Source: Asterias rubens (taxonomy: Eukaryota). From it: a stretch of DNA of 64,000 nucleotides. The notes under the pieces were generated by a model that saw nothing but the letters and a program-made list of their open reading frames with translations, did not search any database and was not told where the DNA came from. Location: positions 33,294,001 to 33,358,000 of the forward strand of contig NC_047062.1 of assembly GCF_902459465.1 (NCBI RefSeq). The letters are read 5' to 3'. The translations under genes and the position numbers were made by a program. Below are positions 36,201 through 47,669 of this stretch, in pieces; position 1 is the first letter of the stretch, and each line of letters starts with the position of its first letter.

Positions 36201-39200
36201 TGTAGAGTTTGTAGAGATTCAAGTCTCGGAAACCAAGCACTGGTGGCTTGTTGATTGGAGTACCTGCCAAGGAAATAATTATTAAAACCTTCTTCTCTCT
36301 GGTAGATTGTGGAGCCTATTGTTTCACTATTCAAAACTATTTGTGATCATGTTGCTGTGCACCGTTTTGTTTGTTTGTTTGTTTGTTTGTTTGTTAAGCT
36401 GATCTTCCAGTCTAGGGAACTCTGCAAAATCCCACAAGGGGATATGGCAACAGCCAATCTCTCTCATACAAACAAGGAGTTTAACATCTATGATTATGAA
36501 TTGCATAAATCAAGAAATTGTGATGCAGTAACTAGACAACATAGTCATTGCGAAATCAGTGGTTAGCTTGGTAGGATTTGAACCCACAACCTTGTCCTGC
36601 TTTTCTAACCACTTCGATATGGAAAAGCTATAGTGTGCGTACAACATAGTCACTGAGATCCCAGCTCCAGCAAGTTTGCCAGGGAAAACTAATGACAATG
36701 TGTTTTTATCCCAAATGCAAGAACAACAACATCTCATCTTCCTACCTCTTTCTTCCATGAATTTATGAAGTGAAGCGAGCCAAGCATCTTTCTCTTCATC
36801 ATATTCATCATCAGTATCATCTTCACTTTCTTCTTCCTCTTCTTCAGCGTCTGCTTTCTCCGCATCATTCTTATTCTTCTTGTTTCCACTATTCCCGCGA
36901 TTCTTTTTGAGCATATCAGGATCCCAGTTGCTAGGGAGTTGTCCCGTCTCAACAAAATTAACAGCTTTTTCAACCGCTGGAAAGACAAATCAAATTTAGT
37001 TTTATTCAACTGTGAAATCACAGACATCAATTCTTTTAACTCAGGAAAATACACAAATTTCAATAAATACAAATAAATAATTACTGATAATGAACAATAT
37101 ATATATAGGTAAGGTCAAAGGTGAGGAGAGACTGACCTATTTTTAAGGTGGAGAGATCTCCTTTGTAGTTATGATCTTTAGATGCAAACGCTCGACGACT
37201 CTGCTTGTCAATGCTATAGCTGTTTGAATAAATCACATGTCAACTTCTATTAATATCATCTAGTGGTAAATATTTCTCATCAGTCATACAATGATACAGC
37301 AAGTGAATGATAAGTTGATGTCAATTTGTTTATATTATTGTATTATAACTAATCCTAACTATTAGTATTTATGAGGCTAACTAAAAAATTAAGTATTAAA
37401 TGGCAATCAATTATAAAAGTTAATGAGTTCCAAATTTTCACATATAAATGGTATGTGTTAGACGGTAAAACAAAAGCCAACTAATACCACAAATGCTATT
37501 GTGTCAAAACCCTCCTAATATGTGACCAATAAATATCACCTACTGTGGTTTAGAATCATAAATAAAATACTATGCAATTTAACTTAGTGAATACATCTAC
37601 ACAGCACACAGTCAACCCACCTACTGTGTTAACATTCAATATAATCCACTGTACTTTTGAATGATAAACTATACCAGCCTACAATATGAAAACATCTAGT
37701 GAATGCACATCAACCGTACGCACTAAACCCTCCTACTATCTGACCATTAACAGCACTATACCCAATACCAGTGTGGTTTTGAATGATATATTAACTGTAC
37801 CAGCCTACAGTATGTAATCATCCTGCGAATGCATCTACCCATAAGCTGGTTTTGTGTACAATCACTATACACAACCCTTTCATTATCGATAATAAGAAAA
37901 AGTTTGTCAAGTCAATGACAAATATTAAGAAGAGTTAACACGATTATGCAGAATAGAAAATTCAAAGATATCATAACAATTTATATCGTGTTAAATGACC
38001 ACCAAGGCAGTTTACAAAAATACAGTTTAAAACCAAGACCGAATATGATTATTTTCAAAATATAGCCACAATCAATTACATAATAGAACACATTTTCAAA
38101 ATTAATTCAGTATCAGTGATTATTATCAAATCACATTCACAAGTTTAAATATAATCATTTTGCAATATTTTTATAAATTACAGCATGCAAAACAAGTAAA
38201 ACAAATTTCTTCTTTTTCTTTGTTGTTATTGTTAAAATTATTATTTATTTGGCAGTTTATACAATTAATCAAAATTCAGACAGTCAAAAGAAGATAAAAG
38301 TGTAATATTGTCTTGCAAAATCAATTCAAAACAACTTTCTAAAAGAGATTAATAAATATCTGAGAATGATTCTTACTATCGATTGTCCTTAAATGACCTC
38401 GCCACAACATGATCCTTGGACTTGGGCTGAATATCTTTAGCTGTCGTAGGATCTACAACCTGAAAGTTCAAAACAATTAAATGAATTAAACAAATTTCAT
38501 CTTTGTGGGGGTAAGGCAATTTTTGAACGTGGCACTTCATTTGGAATATCTTTAAGTCTATGGAGACCTTTTGAATGGGCAACATGGCCAAGACTGGGGC
38601 AACATGGCCAAGACTGGGGCAACATAAATAATTGCCTCTGTGCAATTCCAGTCCCGCTCATTTTTCAAAAGGCATGAGTAAAGCTGGGAAAAAGTACTGA
38701 TATTAATATTCTTTGGGTAGAATTTACACAATTGAAACAGTAAAAACAATTTATTATTTATTTAAATGCAGTTTTATTTGGACAGGGTAGAATAGCCTTG
38801 GTATTACAACTGCTATCACTAAGGAACCTGTACACAGCAGTAAAATAGTCAAAGAGGCAACACATTCAAGTAAATATATAAAACCATTCAAACATACATA
38901 TGTAAATAGTGCAAAGTAAAAGGTTCATTGTCACCATTGAAATATTTAATCTTTGTACATACCAAAGCAGGGAACCATTGGTTCTTGCGTTTGTCGTTGG
39001 TTTCCACGACGATGACCTTTCCGATGCTATCATCTCGGTCATCTTTCTTTGATTTCCTGCCGGTTGACGAGTCATCATCGCTATCATCATCATCATCATC
39101 TTCATCATCATCCCCATCACCACTAAAAAAAGTCATAGAAAGAAAAATTAAATTTGTGATTTCAAAAGCAAAATTTATACAACAGAAAGACGCTGCTAGG

Positions 39201-42200
39201 GTCCAAACATAAGGCAGAACATTTTGTAACAAATAATTCCTATTTTTCATTTTCAGTTAGGCTAAGTTGGTAGAGTGCCTGCACGTTAATCCGGAGGTCT
39301 TTGGTTCAAATACCGCTCCAGTCAATGTTTCTCTGTCCAACAGGAACAATTTAAAAATCGACCCAGTCAGCTTCTCTTATGGTTTATTATTTGATAGGTA
39401 AAGTCTCAATTGCACAAATAACAAATGTTGTCAATTTTGTGTGTGCTATACACGTCTTACCGTGATCGTGTGCTCAGCCTGCGTTTTCTCTTGTTCTTAT
39501 TCTCACGCATGACCGGAGTACCAAAGTTCTCAGGATCAGTCAGTGGTAAATGGTCCAAGGTCTGGTAGGGAAACAAAATAAACAAAAATGAATCTTGTAC
39601 AAAATGAGTTCAAAATCTTCTCCTTCAATCAAACAATTTTGTATAAGTTTCTTTTGATTAAAAAGTGGGATAAAATATGAGATAAGAGAAGAGGACATGC
39701 AATCTGAGATTGCTCTCTTGGTTCAGCCTGTAGGGAGACTAGAAACAAACATCAACTGAGACATTTACACTAATGACAACGTCAATATGCAATCATAACA
39801 CAAACAATAAAAATGCAAAAATATTTCACAGAAAATACATCACACTTCTGAATCAGTATTCATACATTTTTTGACAAAACGACAATGCATGCTATAATAA
39901 AGCAGAAGATACATTGAATTAAAATTAAAGAAATAATCTACATCTTAAAAAGCATTCAAAATCACAGGCATGAAAATCAGAAAAGTTATACACTACACAC
40001 ATAAAGAATTAAAACACATTTGTTGGGAAGAAAGTACATTGAATCAACATTTATAACAATATGAATGAATAAATAATTCTAGAGAACAAAAAATATCAAA
40101 ATTACACAGAAGCAATACAGGTAAATCACTGAACAATATACAAAACACTTTCTACACTCGTTTACAATTTTTTAATATAAAATTTAGATATTCTTACCTC
40201 ACTCTCGTTGAAGTGTCTTTCACCTTGAAGACACAGGGAAGTTCTTCTTAACGTTTTTTCATCTCCATCATCAAAAACTGAAAGAATAATTATGCAGGTT
40301 TCAAATCTATACTGCCATCAGTTTTGGTGGTGGAAGTTTAGTTGTTGCAATGTTAGATTATTTTTCTGCTGTACAAAAATTAACTTACCATGACATTGAA
40401 AACATATATGAACAGATGACCAGAGTTACTTACCAACAGTGTATGTACTGGCATCAGTTAATTTCATAATAGTCCCTTTTGTCCAATTCTCTGTCTCTAA
40501 ATGTTTGGCTTCAACCGGCTGTCCAACCTAAAGAGTGATAAATGAATCAGATAAAACATATAAGTAACCGTACTGCTCTTAAATATTGACATCAGACCTG
40601 ATGCTCCTTTCTTGAAAGGGCAAGGACACCAAGGTGTTTTCTCCTTTGTTAAAGGCACCTCTGTGAGGAAAATAACTTTCTATCTGAACATTTCAAGAGA
40701 CGCTAAGGCAATGACAGGGGGGCAACAGAGGCACAGTTGCCTCCATGAAGTATCAGGCCCCTGACTTCAACAGTAAAATTCAAACCCATAATAAATTTCA
40801 TGTATAAGGTTTAGCCTTAATAGACTGTAATTCAATTAAAAATAAGCAACAAATATTTTCAATAAACTGCACAACAGCTGAAGAACTTGCTCAAAAAATG
40901 AAAACAAATTCAAAATTTTTCCAGACAATTGTAGTTAAGCATTTGATCATGACTTACTTTCAGGTTTCCTTTGACTAGCTCATCTGGAATCACTCCATTT
41001 GTCCCATCACTGAAGTGCACCTATCATAAAGAAATAAAGGAACTATTTTATCAACTTGAACCACCCTTAAAAAAAAAAACATATATGTTTACTTACTGTG
41101 ACCACCACATTCACATTTATAAGGTTGTATAAAACAAGGATATAATCCAAGACATTTATAAATAATTGTCATGGCTTCCTTATCCCTAACATTAACTTGG
41201 CCCGATTTCACAAAGCACTAAAATTCATATAAACATCATAGTTCAGGGCCGATTTCACAAAGAGTAAGATTTACCTTTTTGTTCAAATGTTGACTTTCAC
41301 TCTGATAAATATCTTTTAATTGTGTTGATTATCGAAAAACTCTTACTCATAAACAATTAAGATAATTCAGTGCTTGCTAACAATTTAACAGTCCAAATGT
41401 TAAATTGTGTAGGTATTATTGCTCAATCAATTTATGGTTGTAGCTGCAAACCCTGCAAATTGAAGCACTGACGATGAATCGCAACTCACCTTGCATTTAA
41501 CAAACTTCTTCACAATTTTCACTTTAGCTTCACAGAAAGCACCTCGATACTTTGCACTAACATCGGTTCCTACTGTGAGGTATGCTGGCTCTTCCCCACT
41601 GGCCTGAAAGAACAAAATGAATAAAAAGAACAAACTGTAAATAACAATCAACACAGATATCAAAGTTATGAACCACATTCCATTTTACAGGTCATTTATT
41701 TCAAAATCACATCATATACCAAGAATAAAAAATGTTAGACATGAAAGAATAAAAACAAAGTAAGCAGAGATTATTGTTAAAAAACAAAGAATATAGTTCT
41801 CAAACAGTAAATGAAAACCATAAAGGTTTGGCGGGATTGTGTGCATAATTACTAATTCACCCTGATTCTGTGTGGGTTTTCAAATGTTATTTTTGTAAAA
41901 TTTCAATCAGGCCAGACAGTTGGTGGGCAGTGCCAAGAAATGTAAATGCAATAAGAGTTGATCAATCTAGAGTCATGAAAATAGCACCTAATTAAACTTA
42001 GTGAAACAAGTTAATTTCAGACTGACGTTGGGTGTAATCTGTTCTGTACATCTTGTGTATTTTCCAGACAATTGAAATTGAATGGCAGTCAGTTGAATTG
42101 AAAATAGATGTCAGATTTTGCATTGTCTCTTGACTTAAAAACATTTATTCTGAACTTACATTTTCTGAATACGACGATATCAAAAATTGGGCGAGTGCAA

Positions 42201-42383
42201 CCCTAATCAAAATATTCCAAAATATTCGCTAGATACGGGAAATTTGTTCATTCTGCCTGACTGTGAAAACGCAAAGTTGTCGGCGTTTCGCCGGTGTCGT
42301 CTGCGCCTCTGAAAAAGCGTTTGACTGCTTGAATTTGCAGCAAATAAAAAATTAATAAATCTCCACAAAATATACATTACCAT
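30240..42383 (-). CDS. ARID4B: AT-rich interactive domain-containing protein 4 (ARID4A/ARID4B co-orthologue; Sin3-HDAC subunit)
   Basis: Nineteen phase-consistent exons: 42383-42381 (ATG only), 41603-41490, 41020-40958, 40527-40434, 40277-40198, 39561-39461, 39122-38963, 38459-38377, 37219-37137, 36976-36746, 36263-36071, 35780-35573, 35241-34808, 34629-34530, 34190-33479, 33251-33201, 32784-31207, 30894-30748, 30298-30240. Domains: Tudor ([38 protein letters not shown]), RBB1NT (WFPALV..RSFKD), ARID ([26 protein letters not shown]), chromobarrel ([16 protein letters not shown]) and the C-terminal R2 region ([14 protein letters not shown]). Confidence 0.96.
37500..37835 (+). repeat. Tandem repeat of about 110-115 bp (3 degenerate units) in ARID4 intron 8
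   Basis: Same consensus as 27640-27935. Confidence 0.75.
39255..39330 (+). mobile_element. tRNA-like SINE head in an ARID4 intron
   Basis: A-box-like AGTTGGTAGAGTG and B-box-like GGTTCAAATACC, but no consistent cloverleaf stems. Confidence 0.55.
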
Positions 42384-42479
42384 TGTTTATTTCATTCAGT
42401 TCCACTTCAGCATGTGAAGACTTAATTTATCTCTACAACCTATAAGTTGTATCAGTCAATTTGTGTGGAATTACGTCGC

Positions 42480-42860
42480 AAAAGATTTACTCATTTTGTC
42501 AATTTCTTCATTCTGTAGTCCGTCTGTTTGAAGGAGACATAAGTTTAGCATCAGTTTGTGTTGTGCGTACGTACGTGATGTGTATTGCATTAACGTACAG
42601 TACATGGTGAATCATGTCACAACAACATATCATGGGGGGTCCCTCGCTCTGATTGGTCACTTATCACGTGTGACGAAACGTTTCAGGTCACGGTTAGTCT
42701 GGCTTCATTCTTTAATGCTGTGTATAAACATAAAAAAGGGATAGGTTACAAGACATTGCAAAAGGTAAATCCCCGGTAGCTGGTTCCCCGAAAAACCAGT
42801 TAAAATATAGTCTGGTGCTTATCACCACGTTGGTAATTTTTGAGTATAAATCAAAGGTGA
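42480..42860. promoter_or_regulatory. Bidirectional promoter between ARID4 (-) and the orphan gene (+)
   Basis: CpG-enriched gap of about 500 bp between the divergent first exons, with an inverted CCAAT (GATTGG near 42651), an E-box CACGTG (42665-42670) and TGACG half-sites. Confidence 0.6.
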
Positions 42861-43260
42861 TTGTGTGTAATTAAGTCGCGGTGCAGACGAACTGAGCTAT
42901 TTTTGGGAAACCATAAACAAATGGCAGCTAGACTCCGCGCTTGACCGACTTTTGAAGGTTAGAAAACTGCCTGTATCGTCTGCTAAATATTGGGTTCTTT
43001 TGCATATATTTGTGCGCAGTAATTGTGTAGGGATTGTCCATAATTTGTAAATTGTAATTAAGTGGATAATGCTCGTCTTTTCTAGTTATTCAATTCATTG
43101 TTATAATTTTATATGATTTGATTATTTATTCAAAAATATTATTATTATATAAATTTCCATTCATATTTTATTTACATCACATTAATATAATATTAATATA
43201 ATAATACTAACTATCATGACTATTTGTCTCTTGAATGTTGCTTTAATAGTTTGGAGTAAG

Positions 43261-46085
43261 ATGAATGAAACCTGCAGTATGACAGAACATTCAGCTTCAA
43301 CTGATAAGGTAAATTTGAATCAAAATCAATTTTTGCTAATCATTTATTTATCAAGCCAATAACTTTATTATTTTATTAATTGATTGTTGTTGCTTGAAAT
43401 GAAAGTTGAATGGTATTCTCGGATTTGCTTTAAGTTCATGGCTTCAAGTTCAAACTCACAAACACCTGGATAAAATTGTTGTTTACTTTATTGTTGGGTT
43501 GTTAATAATTGTATTAACCTCCAGTGACCAGTTCGTAGCTAATAAAGTTTTGTAATAACATTAATAATAATATTTTGATATAAATTATAATAAATAATAT
43601 GTTCTTTCTATATCCAATGCATTAAGTACATGGCTACTGCATTTTGATGTGGTTTGTTATTGTTTTGTTCTTTCTAAAGATTTTAAAGACAAGAGAAGAA
43701 ATTACAAGACAATCCATCTGTAACATTTCTGATGCAATCTCAACTGTGGTGAGCCACAGCACCAATGATGAATTCAGGAACACTTGTTTCTCACTCCTAG
43801 AGGTATGTATATTCTTCTTATTTATAACTTAACTTTATTCTAAATCCAAACAGAGAGAATGACGGTATAAATACACAATCAAGAACCACAGGAAAATATC
43901 AATACAACAAGCTTTGAAGTTGAAAGGGCCATACATATAAGCACTTATATTTAAAACCATAATTATTTTGATTTGATTTTATAAGTTCAGCAACTGTGGC
44001 ATATGTAAAAAACCAAAGTCTAACAATTTTGACAATCGATTGTGAGTAAAGGAAAGTTTGAAAGAATGTTCAAGCTGGATAGAAGAGATAAAATCTGTGT
44101 TTGTTTATTATTGTTTTGTTTGATCCTTAGGTACCTAACTCATCTAGTCTAGCAGCAGCAGTTTCTTCCAAACTCACATCTATATCATCTTATCGTTATG
44201 AAGTTTCATTGCCATCTGAAGCACCAACAACACAACAGGTAAAAAACAGGATCAGTCAATAGAGGGCGCTCTTTAGGTTCACTGTTAAGTTGCTTGGTAT
44301 GGAAAAAAAAAAGGTTATTTCCAATCCACACAGACCCTTGTAGTTTCAAGATTGCATTGAATCTGTTTTATATCTAAAGCTGTTGGTATTTTAATGGTAT
44401 GAAACATAGCATTATTTTTGTCGATTTGATTGGGGTATGCAATGATTTAAATGTGTTTATATTGTTTTAGTAAAGTAGGGTTGTCAAGATGTTGGAAATT
44501 GAAACTATTTTACAGTACAATAAGAATGAGATGCCTGGGGCAATAATTAGTGTACAAAGTATTCAACGTAAATATTCAGATGAAATAAGATAGTTGATTG
44601 ATTTCATTTATTGGCAGATATTTAATATGTATTTTGACCTTTTAGGCTTGAGCTTAAAATTGATAGGTAGAATTGGGACTTCCTTAATTTGCGTTGATTT
44701 TTTCTGAACTGATCAGCAGCAGCCTCCTGTAGTGCTATGGGGTCAGTTGAATTCACAGCAGTCATCAATGGAGTCAAGTCTGCAGAAAGATCAAGAAATA
44801 TCACAACTCCAACCTACAGATAACTTTAATAATGCCTTTGATGTAAGTAGAAAGAAATAAGAAAAGACAGGGAAGTAAACTACTGAGCCAGCATAATAAT
44901 AATTATTATATTGTAAAAAAAAACATCTGTTTGTCGCAGTCCAAAGACTGAATTAAAATACAGATTAAAATAATCCCCAGATATATTTGTTTTGTTGTTA
45001 TCCACCATGGAGTTTAGGAAACAACAGCCTTTTCAGTTTAAAAGAAAGATCATTGATTAATTCTAGTTCATAAAAATTACATCACAGTGGAGAAAAGATA
45101 TTCAAAAGGAAGAATGCTATACTAATGTTATCTGAGCTTACACTGAAAATGATTACCATTATTATTGACAAGAACCGTTGTTAGAGTTTATCTTTGAGCG
45201 TTATGAAATCACCTGGAAGTTAGAAGTGGTTGGCACTTTCACATCCTTGTTGTGTAAGCTGATACATTCAGGAGATTCCAAAAGTCATTTTGTTTTGTCA
45301 AAAAGGATAATTGAGTGGCGTGGAAACGTGTTTCAATGACAGGATCATATGAAAACATGAATTCCCATATGACAGAGAGACTGTTTAGAGCCTAGTCTCA
45401 GATTGGTTGATGAAAGATGAACTTAAGCAGATTATTATTTGTTTGTTTCCATAGTTGGATTTTAATGATGATGACTTTTTCGATGAGATCAAGACAACTG
45501 TGGTATCAGAAACTAAACGGCAAATCCCACCACAATTTGACAGTAATGTAGCAACATCATCCATCATCAACCCTCCCAAGTCTCTTGAGGTAACTCAATA
45601 AATAGCTTGTGGTATTTTACCTGTGGAAATGATCTTGTGAAAATAACTAATCACATCAATTAAACATGTTTAAAATAAGATTATCTTTACAAATACATTC
45701 AATGTGAGGATTATCAAATATCAAGCAGTTTTCAGTTGAAGAATGTTAAACCTTGAAATTTTTAAAACAAAAGCATATCAAGGCTTCTGCTTGAAAAATA
45801 TTGAGACATTGAATGTATATCAACAGAAAAAAAACCAATGAAATTTGTTTTGAACTTTGTTTATGGTGTTTTATTTGAAGGTCCCAAGTTACATATCTTT
45901 TCCTTGTTTACATTAAATAATCTCCAATACTGAATGGATTTTGTTTAAGTATAAAGTTTAACTGAGCAGTAAGTGTCCACTGTGATGTGTTTTGATCTTG
46001 TACCCAGGTTCCTAGTTCACCATTCATCAAAGGGGACTGGTTTGATGAAGTCTTAGACACCGATCTGTTCTTCAATGAAAGCTGA
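43261..46085 (+). CDS. Orphan S/T/Q-rich protein with an acidic-aromatic C-terminus (205 aa)
   Basis: Six exons, all phase 0, each with a pyrimidine-tract acceptor and GT donor, open throughout: 43261-43308, 43680-43802, 44131-44238, 44717-44842, 45455-45589, 46008-46085. Translation: MNETCSMTEHSASTDK|ILKTREEITRQSICNISDAISTVVSHSTNDEFRNTCFSLLE|VPNSSS..TTQQ|QQPPVVLWGQ..NNAFD|LDFNDDDFFDEIK..PKSLE|VPSSPFIKGDWFDEVLDTDLFFNES. An upstream exon ends at 42957. Confidence 0.72.
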
Positions 46086-47499
46086 GATGATGTCATACCC
46101 CAAAATAGATTGCCCTGTGAGCAGCAACAGTGGTCATCTATTTAAAGGTATGACATCACTACCTCCATATAGCAGTAGCTACCGACCACCGTGATATCCA
46201 AGCTTCCTACGCCAGTAATTGAGTTCACTTTGATAAAATCTGCTTCTCACACAAAAAGTTAGTCAGTGGTTTGCCTTGAATGTTTTTAATTTCTGAGTTC
46301 TCCTCTTAAATGTAAATGTTTAGTCTCTGGGCCCAAATTTCGTAGAGCTGCTTAAGCAGACAATTTTTCTAAGCAGAAATGAGCAGGATACCAATCACAA
46401 ACTGTACATGGTTCATAGTATTTTGGCAGGTAACCTTACTCTGGTAAGCATAAAGATTCGGGCCCACTTTCATAATGCTGCTGGGTGCTTGCCACAGAAT
46501 CAGGCTCTAAACTGAAAATGATAACCCTTTTCTTGACAAGTTGTTGTTAGAGTTTGTCTTTGAACCTCATGAATTGAAATGAAAGGAAGAAGTTGTTCTC
46601 ACTTTCACATCCTTGTTGTGTAAGCTGATAGGACATTCTGAAAGACTTATCGTTTTGTTTTGTCAAATTGGATATTTGAGTTATTTATACGTTTTAAAAC
46701 ATTGGCTTTATAGTGACTGGGCAAACCCATTTCAGAATTGCTGCACTGGTGTTTTTTTGAAAACTTAAAAGCTGTGTTTCTGAAATTTGTGAATAATAAT
46801 GATAATGAAGACAACTCAATGTTTGAGGCCATTTCTCAGGTTATTGTTGCTGACCTAAACTTGATTAAAACATAATGTCTTCACAGATCTTTTCTAGATC
46901 TTGATTTGCTAATTATATGACAATTTATTAATTTCTTGCCATTTGTTGTTTATAGAAGGTTCATCTAAGTTAAAAGTTCTACAAGGTGTACAATTGACAA
47001 ACAATTTTCTCAGGTATTATAATGTAATTTTTTTATATTTGTTATTATATTCAGTTAGGATATAACAAATGACTGATTTCTTATTAAACATTTAAAATGC
47101 AGAAATGCATTTTGAGAACTGAAATGATGCGTAAAAGAGTTGCTCATTTGATATTAGCTTGAATTCATTAGGATCCCAGCAACACTACACAGCCCGACTA
47201 CATACAGGAACCCAACATGCTATGCCGACAATGATAAACCAGGCTTTAAAGCTTGAATTTAACTCGTTCTCACAGAAAGATGAACTATTTTGTATTTGAT
47301 AGCTTTCACTCAGGCACTGTGAAAGTAAGATCTGTAAATCTCATAAGTAGAGGTTAGGTCTGATTTGACAGAAAAATTCCTATTATGGTTCTCGATGATA
47401 ATTTAATACTCTCAGAGATAAAAATCACTTGGAAATAAAACCCTCCTGGTAATATGGCTTATTCACTGACAGAGTGCCCCTTCAAAGCTGACTTCAACA

Positions 47500-47669
47500 G
47501 GGCTCAGTTTCATAGAGAAAATATTGCTTAACAATTTTCTGATGAGCAGGATACAAGTTACGAACTGTACTTGTGACATTGTAGCTATGCTAGTCACCTT
47601 ATTCTGGTAAGCATATTCTTGTTATGCTTAGCTACTTTTTGTGCTTAAGCAGCTCTATGAAATTGGGCC
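47500..47669. mobile_element. MITE family B (TIR GGGCCCAATTTCATAGAG; internal GAGCAGGATACC..CTGGTAAGCAT core)
   Basis: Ends GGGCTCAGTTTCATAGAG and CTCTATGAAATTGGGCC are inverted. Related pieces near 4036-4090, 20010-20380, 24720-24890, 41205-41270, 46328-46480 and 49838-49920. Confidence 0.8.

Noticed and set aside
39255-39330. tRNA gene; similar A/B-box heads near 7270-7340, 23030-23070, 34380-34440 and 36565-36620
   Set aside because: No complete cloverleaf pairing could be built, so these are better explained as tRNA-derived SINE heads.
45881-45916. Alternative terminal exon of the orphan gene (GAAG/GTCCCAAGTTAC.., VPSYISFPCLH*)
   Set aside because: It has a plausible acceptor and a start resembling exon 6, but it is too short to support without transcripts.
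46087-46160. SECIS element, which would make the orphan's in-frame UGA a selenocysteine
   Set aside because: ATGA-N11-AAAA is present, but the 3' strand has TCAC instead of the GA of the non-Watson-Crick quartet, and the apical region is too long.
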